Below are positions 1 through 12,883 of a stretch of 64,000 bases of DNA, one piece after another; the stretch's first letter is position 1; every line of letters begins with the position of its first letter. Source of the stretch: Octopus sinensis (Eukaryota). Where the stretch lies: positions 4,154,001 through 4,218,000 of the forward strand of contig NC_043022.1 of NCBI RefSeq assembly GCF_006345805.1, in the 5' to 3' direction. The notes beneath the pieces are model-generated. The model searched no databases. It was not told where the DNA came from and was given only the letters and a program-made list of their open reading frames with translations. A program made the translations under genes and the position numbers.

Positions 1-1071
1 CAACATCGTTTTTAATGACCGTATGCAAATTCCTCAGCCATAAAATACTATATTGCTACACATTCCATTAGCATGACACTTTCATGTTTAGTTACTAATA
101 AACTAATCACATAAAAAGAGCCACTAAACCTACACAGTACAACAACAAAGAAAGAACCAGCGTCGTCGTGAGAGATAGGAGAATGTTTGCTCGAAGCAAA
201 GATAATTTAATCTGTTTTCAAATTTTGACATAAGAACTAGGAACCTATCTGATACGTTTAATGGACAGACGCAAGAGTATGTTAGGAAATTCTAATCAGT
301 CGCAGTAAATTAATGTTTATACACAGCCATTACGGGAGGAGGGGGCGTTAGTGTTGATTATAGTTCTTTGTTATGTTCCTTGTTGTCTGGTACCACAGCT
401 AAAACCAAGGCGGTACTACAACTTGGTTTACGATACTTTAATATGTATGTATGTATACACACACACACACACACACATACGTGTGAAACGTAGATCAAGT
501 ATGATACAGAGATTACACAATAGCAGTAAAAAGGTTTTAGAATTTGGTAAATTAAATGGAGTCAGAGAGATTGGCGCCATTTAAGTGGTTGGTCAACAGT
601 CTACTGTGCATGCTGTTTTTAAAGTATCCGCTTAAAATATATTTCGCCGAAGTAGCTTCCTCTCTGACCAGGGAGTTCCTTATGGAACTAAACGACAAAT
701 TCATTGTCCATTACCCAAATCTACAGCAACCGGAGTGTGAGTTTTACAGCTGGATGCCATCTGAATCCAACCATAAAATGGAGTTTAATAACCCAATCTG
801 TTGAAGTAGTTTAACCTATAAGTGGCCATTACCCAAACATTCAGGCTAACAATGTTGGCGATTTTCAAATTCACTAAAATGTTATTTGATGATCTAATAC
901 AGCAATACTGGATTTACTTAAACAAATGCTAACCGCTGTGAACTGGAACTGGAACTTACCGCTGACACCTCGTATTTCACTCAGTCACACTGCCTGCTGT
1001 TTAATTACATGGAAATATAATTCTTTATTTTTGCAATTTTACAATATTTCTTAATTAAACTTTAATATTTG

Positions 1072-1452
1072 GAAACACTCCATCGGTTACGACGACGAGG
1101 GTTCCGGTTGATCCGAATCAACGGAACAGCCTGCTCGTGAAATTAACGTGTAAGTGGCTGAGCACTCCACAGACACGTGTACCCTTTACGTAGTTCTTGG
1201 GGATATTCAGCGTGACACAGAGAGTGACAAGGCCGGCCCTTTGAAATACAGGCACAACAGAAACAGCAAGTAAGAGTGAGAGAAAGTTGCGGTGAAAGAG
1301 TACAGCAGGGATCACCACCATCCCCTGCTGGAGCCTCGTGGAGCTTTAGGTGTTTTTGCTCAATAAACACTCACAACGCCCAGTCTGGGAATCGAAACCG
1401 CGATCCTATGACCGCGAGTCCGCTGCCCTAACCACTGGGCTATTGCGCCTCC
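1072..1452 (-). mobile_element. tRNA-Arg-like SINE (family C), full length
   Basis: Minus-strand head ggaggcgcaatagcccagtggttagggcagcggactcgcgg...ggtttcgattccc carries A/B boxes and a TCG anticodon-like loop. Near-identical inverted copy at 39233-39610. Confidence 0.88.
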
Positions 1453-2318
1453 AACACTTTAATATTTAGCACTCCTTGAACCCATGTCAAAGATACAGAA
1501 TAAAATATTTTCTCAAATTATGAAAATGTACCACCAGGGGTTGCATATGGTGGCTAAGTGAAGTTTGTGGTGAACCACCAGTGGTCCCATGTGGCAGTTA
1601 ATGTGGTAAAGACAACTAAGACTGCCAAACTATTTTCTGGGAGTCGATCACATGATGGAAACACCCAAATTAAACTTAGAACGCCCAACCAAATCACCCT
1701 TATTCAGAAAGGGCTCAGCAGACAAACGAAAAGCTTGACTGTCATGAAATACAAATGGATTGAAAGCAGCTATGTTGTAGCTGTTAGCATTGTATGAGGG
1801 CTCAACTTGGGAAATGCTTTAAACTGCCATCCCTAAAAATTGGTGCTTCCTGGTTGAAAGGCATCACATTGAAAGGAAGATTTACAAACTACATCTGTGT
1901 AGCTAGCAGTTCTTGCTGACAGTACCATTCCCCTCAAAAGTCAAGAAAGACCAGACCACCTTTGAAGTAAGCGCTGTACCGAATAACTTGGTACAATTAC
2001 AGAAAATGCTAAAATAAGTGGATCACTGGCTTGGGACACACACACACTAGCAATGATGTAACTCAATAAATGATGCTTTTCCGTTCTACCATTTAGTCAA
2101 ACAGACTCCATTGAACAATTGAAATATGTCTACTGGGATCAAACAGTTGGAGAAGACCTCAGGAGACATACAGCTACACATACACACACACTTGTAGCCA
2201 GCTATATATATATTATTATATATATATATATATATATTATATATATTATATATATATCTAATGTAGGATAAAATTTTTTTCGAAAAAAATATTCTTTTCC
2301 AAAAAAAAAATTTTATCA

Positions 2319-2418
2319 NNNNNNNNNNNNNNNNNNNNNNNNNNNNNNNNNNNNNNNNNNNNNNNNNNNNNNNNNNNNNNNNNNNNNNNNNNNNNNNNNN
2401 NNNNNNNNNNNNNNNNNN
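2319..2418. other. Assembly gap (100 N)
   Basis: Run of exactly 100 n; true size unknown. Confidence 0.99.
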
Positions 2419-2426
2419 ATATTGTG

Positions 2427-2498
2427 AGTCGGAGTCAATATAGTTTTACTGACTCTGACTCCAGCTACCCCTTAATTGTTTCTGACTCCACAGCCCTG
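2427..2498. mobile_element. MITE terminus (GACTCCACAGCCCTG end), truncated by the gap
   Basis: Same terminus as the complete element at 43606-43866. Confidence 0.6.
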
Positions 2499-2837
2499 GG
2501 AACCAGGGAAGTTAATTCAACATGATGAGGCTGATGATGATGATGATGATGATTCCGATATCTTTAAACAATGTTCATTTTTTCTTCGCTTTCAGTAGAA
2601 ACGGAACGAAAAGATTCTAATTTGGTTCAGCATCCACAATTTGTGGCACAAGCAAATACACGATCATATATAAAAATTTTTTCTCTTCTTTTTTGAAAAA
2701 TAAGACTTTCATCTCAAAGAACACTCAGAACAAGGTCTTAGAATTCGAAAATTGTGTACAGCTAGAAATAAAAACAAAAAACAAACAAAAGAACAAACAG
2801 CAGAGTTTTTCCTCAAGGAGAAATTTTTTCCACTTAC

Positions 2838-2918
2838 CGTTTCTCTGTGTGGGAGTAATTCTTTACGAATTTTGAAGAAATTTTTCCCATACTGACGTAA
2901 ACCCTTGATGAAGCGCTT
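2838..2918 (-). CDS. RERE: RERE coding exon (81 nt; SANT: [27 protein letters not shown])
   Basis: Acceptor tctttttccag and donor ACG|gtaagt. SANT motif [23 protein letters not shown]. Phase 0/0. Confidence 0.97.
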
Positions 2919-3175
2919 CTGGAAAAAGATATTGAAATGAAGAAGTGATTAACAGAACTAACTTTCGTTTATGGCAAAAGTTAAGAAACCATAGAGATGG
3001 CACTGGGAGTCATTCTCCTACATATTCCAACTTGTACAGAGTCAAATGGATCTTCAATTGGAAAAACGTCAGTCTTTACAGAGGACCAAAAACAACCCCC
3101 GCCCCCCCAACAAAAAAACCGATTGTATACATCAAATTTAAAAAGTTCAACTGAAAAATATTAATTTTAAATTAA

Positions 3176-3397
3176 CTCTTTCGTCACCGTATTTATTTGA
3201 AGATGTTCTGTGTTTCTTTCAATTCATTTTAAATATAATAAAGTATTTAGTAAAATAACTTAGTTATCATTAAGCTAGTGTTAGGAATATAAATTGTGAC
3301 TAAGGTTTGGTGGAAGATTTTAATAAAGAACTTTTGAAAACCAGACATTTGTACTACAGAGCCATAGGTGGTTTCAGGTGGGTTGGTATCAAAAGGG
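3176..3397 (+). mobile_element. piggyBac-type MITE family 1 (~222 bp)
   Basis: TTAA on both sides; C(T/C)CTTT...AAAGGG termini; homologous to 27086-27307 and 57629-57849. Confidence 0.8.
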
Positions 3398-3425
3398 TTA
3401 AGAATTAAAAAGTGAAATAACAATG

Positions 3426-3643
3426 ATCCTTCCTACTAGAAGCCTGAAATTTTGCAGGAGAGGGCTGATCAATTACACTGACCCCCACACACACTGCTTA
3501 ACTGGGTATTTATTTCATCCACCCAGAAAGGATGAAAGGCAAAGCCGATCACAGAGGAATTTGAACCAAGAATGTAAAGAAATGGAATAAATGCTGTCAG
3601 GCATTTTGCCCAGCATACTAACGGTTCTGCCAACTCACCACAA

Positions 3644-3711
<68 letters not shown>

Positions 3712-3995
3712 TAGTAATAGTAATAATAATAATAATAATAATTAATAATGATAATAATAATTAATAATAATAATAATAATAATTAATAATAATAATAATA
3801 ATAATTAATAATGATAATAATAATAATAATAAGCCTTTCTACTAAAGGTACAAGAACTGAAATTTAGGAGGAGAGGACTAGTTGATTACATCGACCCCAG
3901 CGTTCCACTGGTATCAACCCTGAAAGGATGGAAGTCGACCTCAGCCACTAAGCATTTCGTGCAGTATGCTAATGATTCTGTCAACTGACCACCTT
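3426..3995 (-). mobile_element. Two decayed family-B SINEs separated by (ACT)n/(AAT)n microsatellite
   Basis: aaggatgaaaggcaaag...gaatttgaac motifs; microsatellite at about 3642-3832. Confidence 0.7.
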
Positions 3996-3998
3996 AAT

Positions 3999-4031
<33 letters not shown>

Positions 4032-4397
4032 AAAATCAGGTTCAATTTTAGTTTGTAATTTTTTATTTCCACTTAAGAAATATTATTTAATAATTGAGTG
4101 ACACTCAAGGGAAAGAGACACTTGAGTGAGAGTCAGAAGAATTAAGGCAAAAGGTGAAGTTCAATGAAAAGAGGTTGTTGGGAAAGCAGCCATGAGGATC
4201 TATCTGGCTTCAGAAGTCTTTTAAACACATTGAATAATATTCTTCTGTTGCGGGGAAGGAGAAGAAGAAGAAGTCACAAACTGACCAACGGAATGAAGGA
4301 ACGAAAGTGAGAACAGAGAACAAATTTGGCATGAAGAAGGCAAGATTTTGTAGTGAGAAAGGCAAGCATCTCGAGGCTAGCCTGCCTCTTGTATTAT

Positions 4398-4730
4398 AGA
4401 GAGAGAAGAGGGTATAGAGGGAGAGAGAGAGAGAGAGAGAGAAGAGGGTATAGAGGGAGAGAGAGAGAGAGAGAAGAGGGGAGAGAGGGAGAGAGAGAGA
4501 GAGGAGGGTATAGAGGGAGAGAGAGAGAGAGAAGAGGGGATAGAGGGAGAGAGAGGAGGGTATAGAGAGAGAGAGAGAGAGAGAAGAGGGGATAGAGGGA
4601 AAGAGAGAGAGGAGGGTATAGAGGGAGAGAGAGAGAGGAGGGTATAGAGAGAGAGAGAAGAGGGGATAGAGGGAGAGAGAGAAGAGGGTATAGAGGGAGA
4701 GAGAGGAGTGGATGGAAGGAGAGAGGGAGA
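4398..4730. repeat. GA-rich minisatellite (agaagagggtatagagggagagag units)
   Basis: Direct inspection. Confidence 0.9.
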
Positions 4731-6037
4731 GCGCTAAGAATGACTAGCAATAAACAAGGAATACACAAGAGTCGCGAACCTACAAGTCAAAGCTTTTCAG
4801 ATAAAATGAATCGCACGGAATCAATAGCACAAAGTTATTTGGCAAGAAACAAATTAATAAAGCAAACCACTCGATGATAATATCAAAAGTGGAGAGTTAA
4901 TAGCAAACGATCAAAAGACCGGCAGCGAATTCACAAGAACCATGTGGATGAAAATATTGGTAAATCACTAGAAGAGTTTATCTAAATAATCTCTTTAACT
5001 TTCTGCGAGAGATCACTGAATTCTTGACTGAACACTCAATTTCTACCAAGAAATAATATTGCATTCGACAGAAAAACGGTTTTAATAAAAGGCCGTTTTC
5101 TCTACATTCGATTAACATGTTCGAAGCACCAAGCGCAGCACCCAACAGGGTCAGAGTTCAGCAGACATGCCAAGGAATAATACGTAGTAAATTGCGATTG
5201 GCATAATGTGTAATTAGGAGAAAGTGAGAAACTGGCAGGAAATAAATAAAATCATCTTTTCAGGATGAAGAGCGTTGAAATCACCTCAAAATCTGACATT
5301 TCAATGTTCTTCTACCATTGATGAAACAACTGACCGTTTCTTTGTTGATGGTTCTTTTATTTGTTACGGTCATTAGACTGCGGTCACTTTGAGGAATTTC
5401 AGGCAAACGAATTGACCCCCAGTACTTTTTTTTTTAAAGCCTGATACTTATTTTATCAGTCTCTTTTGCCGAACTGCTAAATTACACCAACAATGGTTGT
5501 CAAGTGGTGGACACGGACACACACGTGTGTGCGATGAGTTTCTTCCAATTTCTGCCCACCAAATCCATGCTCATGGCTTTGGTCTGCCCGAGGCTATAGT
5601 AGAAGGCCAAGGTGCCACGCAGTGGGACTGAACCCGGAACCATGTGGTTGGAGAAGCAAACTTCTTACCACACAGCATGGGCCTTTGCAAACAAATAAAA
5701 ATATAAAAAGGCAATTTGTCTGACATTTCTAATTTAGATGTCGTTAAATTTACGTCAATAAACATTAAACTCCATGACTGCTCATTAGAGTAATTAACCA
5801 ATGTAACTTGATGAATTTCAGAAGATAATTAAAATAAAACTAACAGGAAATAAGACAGCGTTCTGGGGTTGTTTTTCACTGGAATATAAATATATAAATC
5901 CTTGTTCATGTTGTAATTTTATACACTTTTTTGTATCCATGATATAATAAAGAGCCAACAAGGTACAATCAAATTGGTAGAAATAGCAGCCAATTGGTAC
6001 CTCACACACAATCATATTGCCATGGATTATTTTTACA

Positions 6038-6312
6038 GGCACAGGAGTGGCTGTGTGGTAAGTAGCTTGCTTACCAACCACACAGTTCCGGGTTCAGTCC
6101 CACTGCATGGCACCTTGGGGGAAGTGTCTTCTACTATAGCTTCGGGCCGACCAAAGCCTTGTGAGTGGATTTGGTAGACGGAAACTGAAAGAAGCCCGTC
6201 GTATATATGTATATATATATGTATGTGTGTCTGTGTTTGTCCCCCCCAACATTGCTTAACAACCGATGCTGGTGTGTTTACATCCCCATTACTTAGCGGT
6301 TCGGCAAAAGAG
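6038..6312 (+). mobile_element. SINE family A, 3'-truncated
   Basis: ggcacaggagtggctgtgtggtaag...ggttcagtccc head, caccttggg CORE-like segment, internal (TA)/(TG) tract. Confidence 0.85.
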
Positions 6313-6423
6313 AATGTGTGCAGTTTTTAGGGGTTTTCCTCTCACCAGCATTATTGTGCACCACCACTGCCCCTTACTAAGATGAGGCCCTGCTTGTCAG
6401 CTCGGCTAGTTACTAGGCTTCAC

Positions 6424-6830
6424 TCAGTATTTTGGTAGCCATTGCTCATTGTCTCTTTCTAACCAAACCCAATGGCTTTCCTTCTCCACTGTAGCTTGGA
6501 TATCACTCAGGATGGTATTTGCTTTAAGACAAGTTGGCTCAAGTGACAACCATTGCCTTGACACCGTTTCCATTGAATCCTCTGCATTCAATAATGCTCT
6601 GCTTTCCAGCTGGCATCTTCGCATTTCTCAAGGAGGTGTTTATAATGGTCAATCTTTCGAGTTCCATCCATGCAATAAATCGTTGCCACTTTCCAACAGC
6701 CGTTCCACTCTTCATTGTTAACAACAAGTTTCTTCTCTTCTTCAAATGGATCTGCTGTCCTGAACACATGAAGATCACCAACTGCTGGCTTTATTCCCAG
6801 ACAATGCCAGATATCTCTCTTGCAGAATCA
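6424..6830 (-). mobile_element. Decayed non-LTR retrotransposon C-terminus with restriction-like endonuclease, HERO-like
   Basis: Frame-broken peptides RKIDHYKHLLEKCEDASWKA, ECRGF and DIQATVEKESHWVWLERD resemble the HERO-clade pattern RK..KY..L...C...GW...EVGCRGF...AE..S.W.W..R. Confidence 0.6.
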
Positions 6831-7411
6831 TGAAATGTTCATATTTCTACCAAACAACTGAATACATCTCATTTCCATTAAATATCTATTTACTCTCATT
6901 CGAGGCAACAGCATTATGCTGCAAGAGGCCTTGCGACAGGTCCTGCACTAAATGGCTGGGCGTGAGTGAGGAAGATCTCCAGAGGCTCACTGTCACCTTG
7001 GGGCAGTGTTTCTTAACTAGGGGTTTCACACGAAAGAGTGATACAAAACAGTTATTGCTGTTTTCTCTATCTGACCTAATCAGTCGAGGAAGGGCAGTGT
7101 TGTCCATCATGAGACTTTTCCCAGGGTCAGTCAGAAGATGTCCTAAAGAGGGCCAACACAAGATCATTTTATGAACTCATCATGGAGTGAAGATTGAAAC
7201 TAGCAGGTCATATATTTTAGCTACTGGAATAGCATTGTTCTAAAACAGTTTTGAAATGGGGAAACACCAGGGGTTAAAAAGGAAGAGAAGTAGACTGGAA
7301 ACTACATGGTACAAAACAATCATGTCTGACATGAGAAAGGGTACCCGTTGCAAGGGTGGATGTAGGAAAAAGACATAGTCAACAGAATGCAGTGGCACCA
7401 GTACAATGCCA

Positions 7412-7621
7412 TTACTCTTTTACTTGTTTCAGTCATTTGACTGCGGCCATGCTGCAGCACCGACTTTAGTCGAGGAAATCGACCCCCAGAACTTATTCTT
7501 TGTAAGCCTAGTACTTATTCTATCGGTCTCTTTTGCCGAACCACTAAGTTACGGGGATGTAAACACACCAACATCGGTTGTCAAGCGATGTTGGGGGGGG
7601 GGGACAAACACAGACACATAA

Positions 7622-7652
<31 letters not shown>

Positions 7653-7812
7653 CGACGGGCTCTTTCAGTTTCCATCTACCAAATCCACTCACAAGGCTTT
7701 GGTTGGCCCGAAGCTATAATAGAAGACACTTGCCCAAGGTGTCACGCAGTGGGACTGAACCCGGAACCATGTGGTTGGTTAGCAAGCTACTTACCACACA
7801 GCCACTCCTGCG
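7412..7812 (-). mobile_element. SINE family A, full length
   Basis: Reverse complement of the family A consensus with an agtaaaag tail. Confidence 0.9.
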
Positions 7813-8336
7813 ACTATAATTGTAAAACAATTTTCAAATGGACACCACCAGGGGGAAAAAAGGAAGAGAGGATGACCAAAACCTACATGGCACCAAACAT
7901 TCATAACTGACATCAATGCTTGACAGGATTCTGAGAATGTACAGGCAAGACCATGTAACCAATGACGATACTAAAGAGAGCCAACACAAGACCACTTAGT
8001 GGACTCATTATCGAATGAAGGTTGAAACTAACAAGTCCATATATTTCGGTTGCCAGTACAACACCATTCTGAAACAGTTTACAAATGGATACTGTAGGAG
8101 GGGAGAGGGAAGAGAAGAAGACCAAAAACCACAGGGTGCAGAAGATCCATAAGTGGCATCAACGCTTGAGGATTCTGGGAAGGTCCTGGCAAGACCACGT
8201 GAGCACTGAAGACGTTCTAAAGAGAACCAATGCCAGATCATTTAACGAACTCACCATAGAAGGAAGACTGAATCTAGCAGGTCATATATTTCGGTTACCA
8301 GTACAGCCTTGTTGTAGAACAGTTTTCAAATGGACA

Positions 8337-8490
8337 CTCACAGAGTGGTTGGCATTAGGAAGGGCATCCAGCTGTAGAAACATTGCCAGATAAGACTGGA
8401 GCCTGCTGCAACCCTGGCTTCCCAGATCCCCGGTCGAACCGTCCAACCCATGCTAGCATGGAGAACGGACGTTAAACGATGATGATGATG
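8337..8490 (+). mobile_element. (GAT)n-tailed RTE-related SINE/LINE 3' end
   Basis: aggaagggcatccagctgtagaaac...cccatgctagcatggagaacggacgttaaacgatgatg; same tail as the RTE at 37597-38395. Confidence 0.8.
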
Positions 8491-9341
8491 ACCACCAGAG
8501 GGAAAAGAATGAGTGGTAGAGCAAAAACTCCATGGCCCAAGGCGTTTATGACCAACATGAGAACGTGTAATATTGCAAGGGCAGATGAAGAGAAAAACAT
8601 ATCTAACAGAAAATGGTGGCATCAATTTGCCGGCCAAGCTGCAGCAGAGCGAAGGAGGAACTGATAACAATTGGTGGCTGACAAAGATATTACATAAACA
8701 CATTGGTGAGTGGTTAATGAAGGAATAACGTAAATGTGTTAAGTACGTGTGGCTAATTAGAATTATTATGTAGAAGTGTTTGGTATGTGTAGTTAACGAG
8801 GATTTTTTTTTAATGTAAATATGTTGCATTTATTAAATTGTTTTGTAGTGTTTAGTCACTGTTACATCTAAAATTAGCTAATTTACGAGATAAAAAAACC
8901 TACAAAAATGTTACAAGATAATTAGAAGAGAAACACCATCTGTGTATGTAGTCAGAGAACACCGCCTCCCATTAACACCCACCCACACAGAGGTCATTGT
9001 CGTTACAACTTACACTTTTCCATGCTTGCATGGGTCGAATGGAGTTAACTGAAGCAAAATTTCTGCAGCCCTTCCTGTTAATAACCATCACCTATTTACA
9101 AGCAAAGTAACGTTTCCCAAAGGTTGGGGAGATTTTTTCAGGGAGGTGTGGAAACGAATGATCTCGTAATTGTATGATGTCGACACTCGGTTACAACTAT
9201 AAGGGGATGTTACGGAAATACAAACACCCATCCACAAAACACATATCTACATGTGCATGTGTGTGTGTGTGTGTGTGTATGTATCTATCTACACACACAC
9301 AATTTGATACATCTCACCAAAATATCATTATCAAATGATGA

Positions 9342-9572
9342 CGGTGAGCTGGCAGAAACGTCAGCACACCAGGTAAAATACTTAGCGGTATTTCGTCGGC
9401 TGTTACATTCCGAGTTCAAATTCTGCCAAGGTCGACTTTGCCTTTCATCCTTTCGGGGTCGATAAATTAAGTACCAGTTACACACTGGAGTAGACGTAAT
9501 CGACTTAATCCGTTTGTCTGTCCTTGTTTGTCCCTTCTATGTTTATCCCCTTGTGGGTAATAAAGAAATAAG
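9342..9572 (+). mobile_element. SINE family B
   Basis: ggtgagctggcaga head, B box gagttcaaattc, core gtcgactttgcctttcatcctttcggggtcgataaa. Confidence 0.88.
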
Positions 9573-10044
9573 GAATGTATATTCACAAAATGGCACTACA
9601 CACACAAGTGTGTATATATAAATATATATATATATATATTTATATACATACAGATACATATACATACTTACATGCACATGTATTAGTCACTTGGAATTAT
9701 GTATGTGTGTGTGTGTGTGTATATATGTGTGAGTCATTTGGAATACAGTGTAACAGTTTTGCTACCTATTTTAGGGGTACAATAGTTACAAGCAGACAAA
9801 GGCAGCCAAATGGGCCAGTCACACTTTGTACAATGGCACACCCAATGCAACAATTGGAGGGACAGAGGGTAGCACCAACAATTGGTTCAGCCAGTAACCA
9901 TATCAGCAAAGTAGCCCAGAACAATGGGAAATGAAATAACCTGCTCAAGGATACAATGCACAGCCCAGTCCAGAGATGGAAATTATGATGTTACGTGCAT
10001 ATGCTGATAAATGTGAATGGGACCCATACAATCTGGGTTGGGGG

Positions 10045-10173
10045 ACTTCCCAACCATATGGTTCTGGGTTCAGTCCCACTGTGTGACATTTCTGGGCAAG
10101 TGTCTTCTACTATAACCTCGGGCTGGCCAAAGCCTTGCGAGTGGATTTGGTAGATGGAAACCAAAAGAAGCTC

Positions 10174-10218
<45 letters not shown>

Positions 10219-10420
10219 CTTTGTTTCTCCAACCACCACCACTTGACAACTGGTGTTGGTGTGTTTACGTCCCCGTCACTTAACAATCTATCAAAAGAAA
10301 CCGATAGAATATGTACCAGACTTTAAGTACTGGGGTCAATATATTTGACTAAAAATTCTTCAAGGCAGTGCCCCAGCATGGCCGCAGTCTAATGACTGAA
10401 ACAAGTAAAAGAATAAAAGA
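10045..10420 (+). mobile_element. SINE family A, decayed
   Basis: Matches the family A body and tail; ends about 110 bp from the donor of exon 10532-10630. Confidence 0.8.
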
Positions 10421-10531
10421 GTACCCAGTGTGGCGACAGCTGGCTATCCAACAAACTAAAGGTCAAACGAACAAGGACAAGGTTGAAGGCCACACCACCC
10501 CAGCATAAAGACAAGTGAAATCAATACATAC

Positions 10532-10630
10532 CGTTTCATCATCAGTCCATTTTTTCTCAATACCACGAGGTACAGGACACTTGACAAGAGCTTGCAATGC
10601 CTTCCCTGTGTCATAATGGCAGAGATGAAG
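10532..10630 (-). CDS. RERE: RERE coding exon (99 nt; ELM2 end, SANT start: [33 protein letters not shown])
   Basis: Acceptor ctttccgcag and donor ACG|gtatgt. Motif LH...YD.GKALQ.LVK.PVP..IEK.WT.DE. Phase 0/0. Confidence 0.96.
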
Positions 10631-10954
10631 CTGCGGAAAGGAGAAGACAACAATATATTATTATTATTATACGATTATAAAACCACAGCATGTATATATA
10701 TATATATATATATAATACACACGATATGATATACATCATATAACACACACACACGATATACTTACGAAATACATACACACACACACACACATATATATAC
10801 ATATATATATATATATATACATACATATATATATATATGTATGAAATGAAATAAAAAACAGAACACAAGGATGTTGTGGTACACGTGTTTCGAGCTTTAT
10901 AAAACAACTTACATCAATGTATAATCGACCTGAATTCACCCTGAATTTATTATG

Positions 10955-10990
<36 letters not shown>

Positions 10991-12000
10991 TAGATATATA
11001 TATGAACACACAGACACACACAAATGTATAGACATACAGACGTCTCTACATTCATATACATACATCATCACCATTTAAAGAGTGCTTGCTTTCCATGCTG
11101 GCATGGGTTGGACACGTCTGGCAGGAAGTGGAAGACTGCACCAACCCCTGCTGTCTGCTTTGATACGGTTTCAAGGGGGGTGGGATGCCCATCCTAATGC
11201 CAGCCACTTCGGGCTCCAGCACCAGTGTGGGGTCACCAAGTACCTTGCATGATAAATCTTTGCAACTGAGGTGGAAGAGCCGTACTGAAGTTAAGTTAAT
11301 TTTTTGGCTCGAAAAGCAAATATATATATATACACACCCACAGACCATCATCATTTAATGTTTGACATCCACGTATGCATGGGTAGGATGGTTGACAGGC
11401 AGAAGACTACTCCAGGCTGCTGTGTCCATTTTGGCAGGGTTTTTACAACTGGATGCCCTTCCTGGCACCATCGATGGAGCAGTTGGCGTTAGGAAGGGTA
11501 CCCAGCTGTAGAAACCATGCTAAATCAGACTGGGGTTTGGTGCAACCCCGCTCCAAACCATCAGTCAGAAGGCTTTGGTCAGCCCAAGGCTATAAGAGAA
11601 CACTTGCCCAAGGTACCATACAGTGGGACTGAATCCAGAACTGTGTGGTTGGAAGCCAGTTTCTTATGACACAGGTATGCCTGCACCTGTGAGGTATGCC
11701 TTTGCTTTTGTTTAAATATATTCGTACGGAATAAAACAATATGAACTGTTCAGAGATTCCATGTTGTAAGTGCATATTTAATTTTTGTTTTGGAAACAAA
11801 AAACTGTTGAAAAATTCTTACAACTGATTAGTTTTTCAGCTAAATTGGTGAAAGCACTGAAGGTGATAACGAGGAACAACAATGAAAAAAAAGAAAAGAA
11901 AAGAAGAGAAAAAAAACAGGCAAGAGAAAGAGAAATTAAAATTTAAAAAAAAACAATTACAATTAAAAACCAAAAAGATGCAGTAAAAAAAAGCTGATAT

Positions 12001-12392
12001 GCGCAGGAGTGGCTGTGTGGTAAGTAGCTTGCTTACCAACCACATGGTTCCAGGTTCAGTCCCACTATGTGGCACCTTGGGCATGTGTCTTCTACTATAG
12101 CCTCGGACCGACCAATGCCTTGTGAGTGGATTTGGTAGATGGAAACTGAAAGAAGCCCGTCGTATGTATATGTATATATATATGTGTGTATGTGTCTGCG
12201 TTTGTCCCCCTAGCTTGCTTGACAACCGATACTGGTGTGTTTTATGTCCCCTGTTACTTAGAGGTTCGGCCAAAGGGACCGATAGAATAAGTACTGGGCT
12301 TACAAAAGAATAAGTCCCCGGGGACGATTTGCTCGACTAAAGTCGGTGCTCCAGCATGGCCTCAGTCAAAATGACTGAAACAAGTAAAAGAG
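12001..12392 (+). mobile_element. SINE family A (first copy of a tandem duplication)
   Basis: Full head-to-tail match. Confidence 0.9.
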
Positions 12393-12491
12393 AGAAGAGA
12401 AAAAAAACAGGCAAGAGAAAGAGAAATTAAAATTTAAAAAAAAACAATTACAATTAAAAACTAAAAAGATGCAGTAAAAAAAAGCTGATAT

Positions 12492-12883
12492 GCGCAGGAG
12501 TGGCTGTGAGGTAAGTAGCTTGTTTACCAACCACATGGTTCCAGGTTCAGTCCCACTATGTGGCACCTTGGGCATGTGTCTTCTACTATAGCCTCGGACC
12601 GACCAATGCCTTGTGAGTGGATTTGGTAGATGGAAACTGAAAGAAGCCCGTCGTATGTATATGTATATATATATGTGTGTATGTGTCTGCGTTTGTCCCC
12701 CTAGCATTGCTTGACAACCGATACTGGTGTGTTTATGTCCCTGTTACTTAGAGGTTCGGCCAAAGGGACCGATAGAATAAGTACTGGGCTTACAAAAGAA
12801 TAAGTCCCGGGGGACGATTTGCTCGACTAAAGTCGGTGCTCCAGCATGGCCTCAGTCAAAATGACTGAAACAAGTAAAAGAGA
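12492..12883 (+). mobile_element. SINE family A (second copy), TSD aaaaaaagctgata
   Basis: Full match; aaaaaaagctgata precedes it and follows it at about 12892. Confidence 0.9.

Larger units (their letters stand above)
7120..8665 (+). mobile_element. Array of decayed RTE-like LINE ORF C-terminal fragments, interrupted by two SINEs
   Basis: Repeated RILG.SWQDHVS.EDVLKR.N...RL.LAGHIFRLP...VFKWTPPGGK motifs at about 7135, 7820, 7925, 8170 and 8490. Confidence 0.7.
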
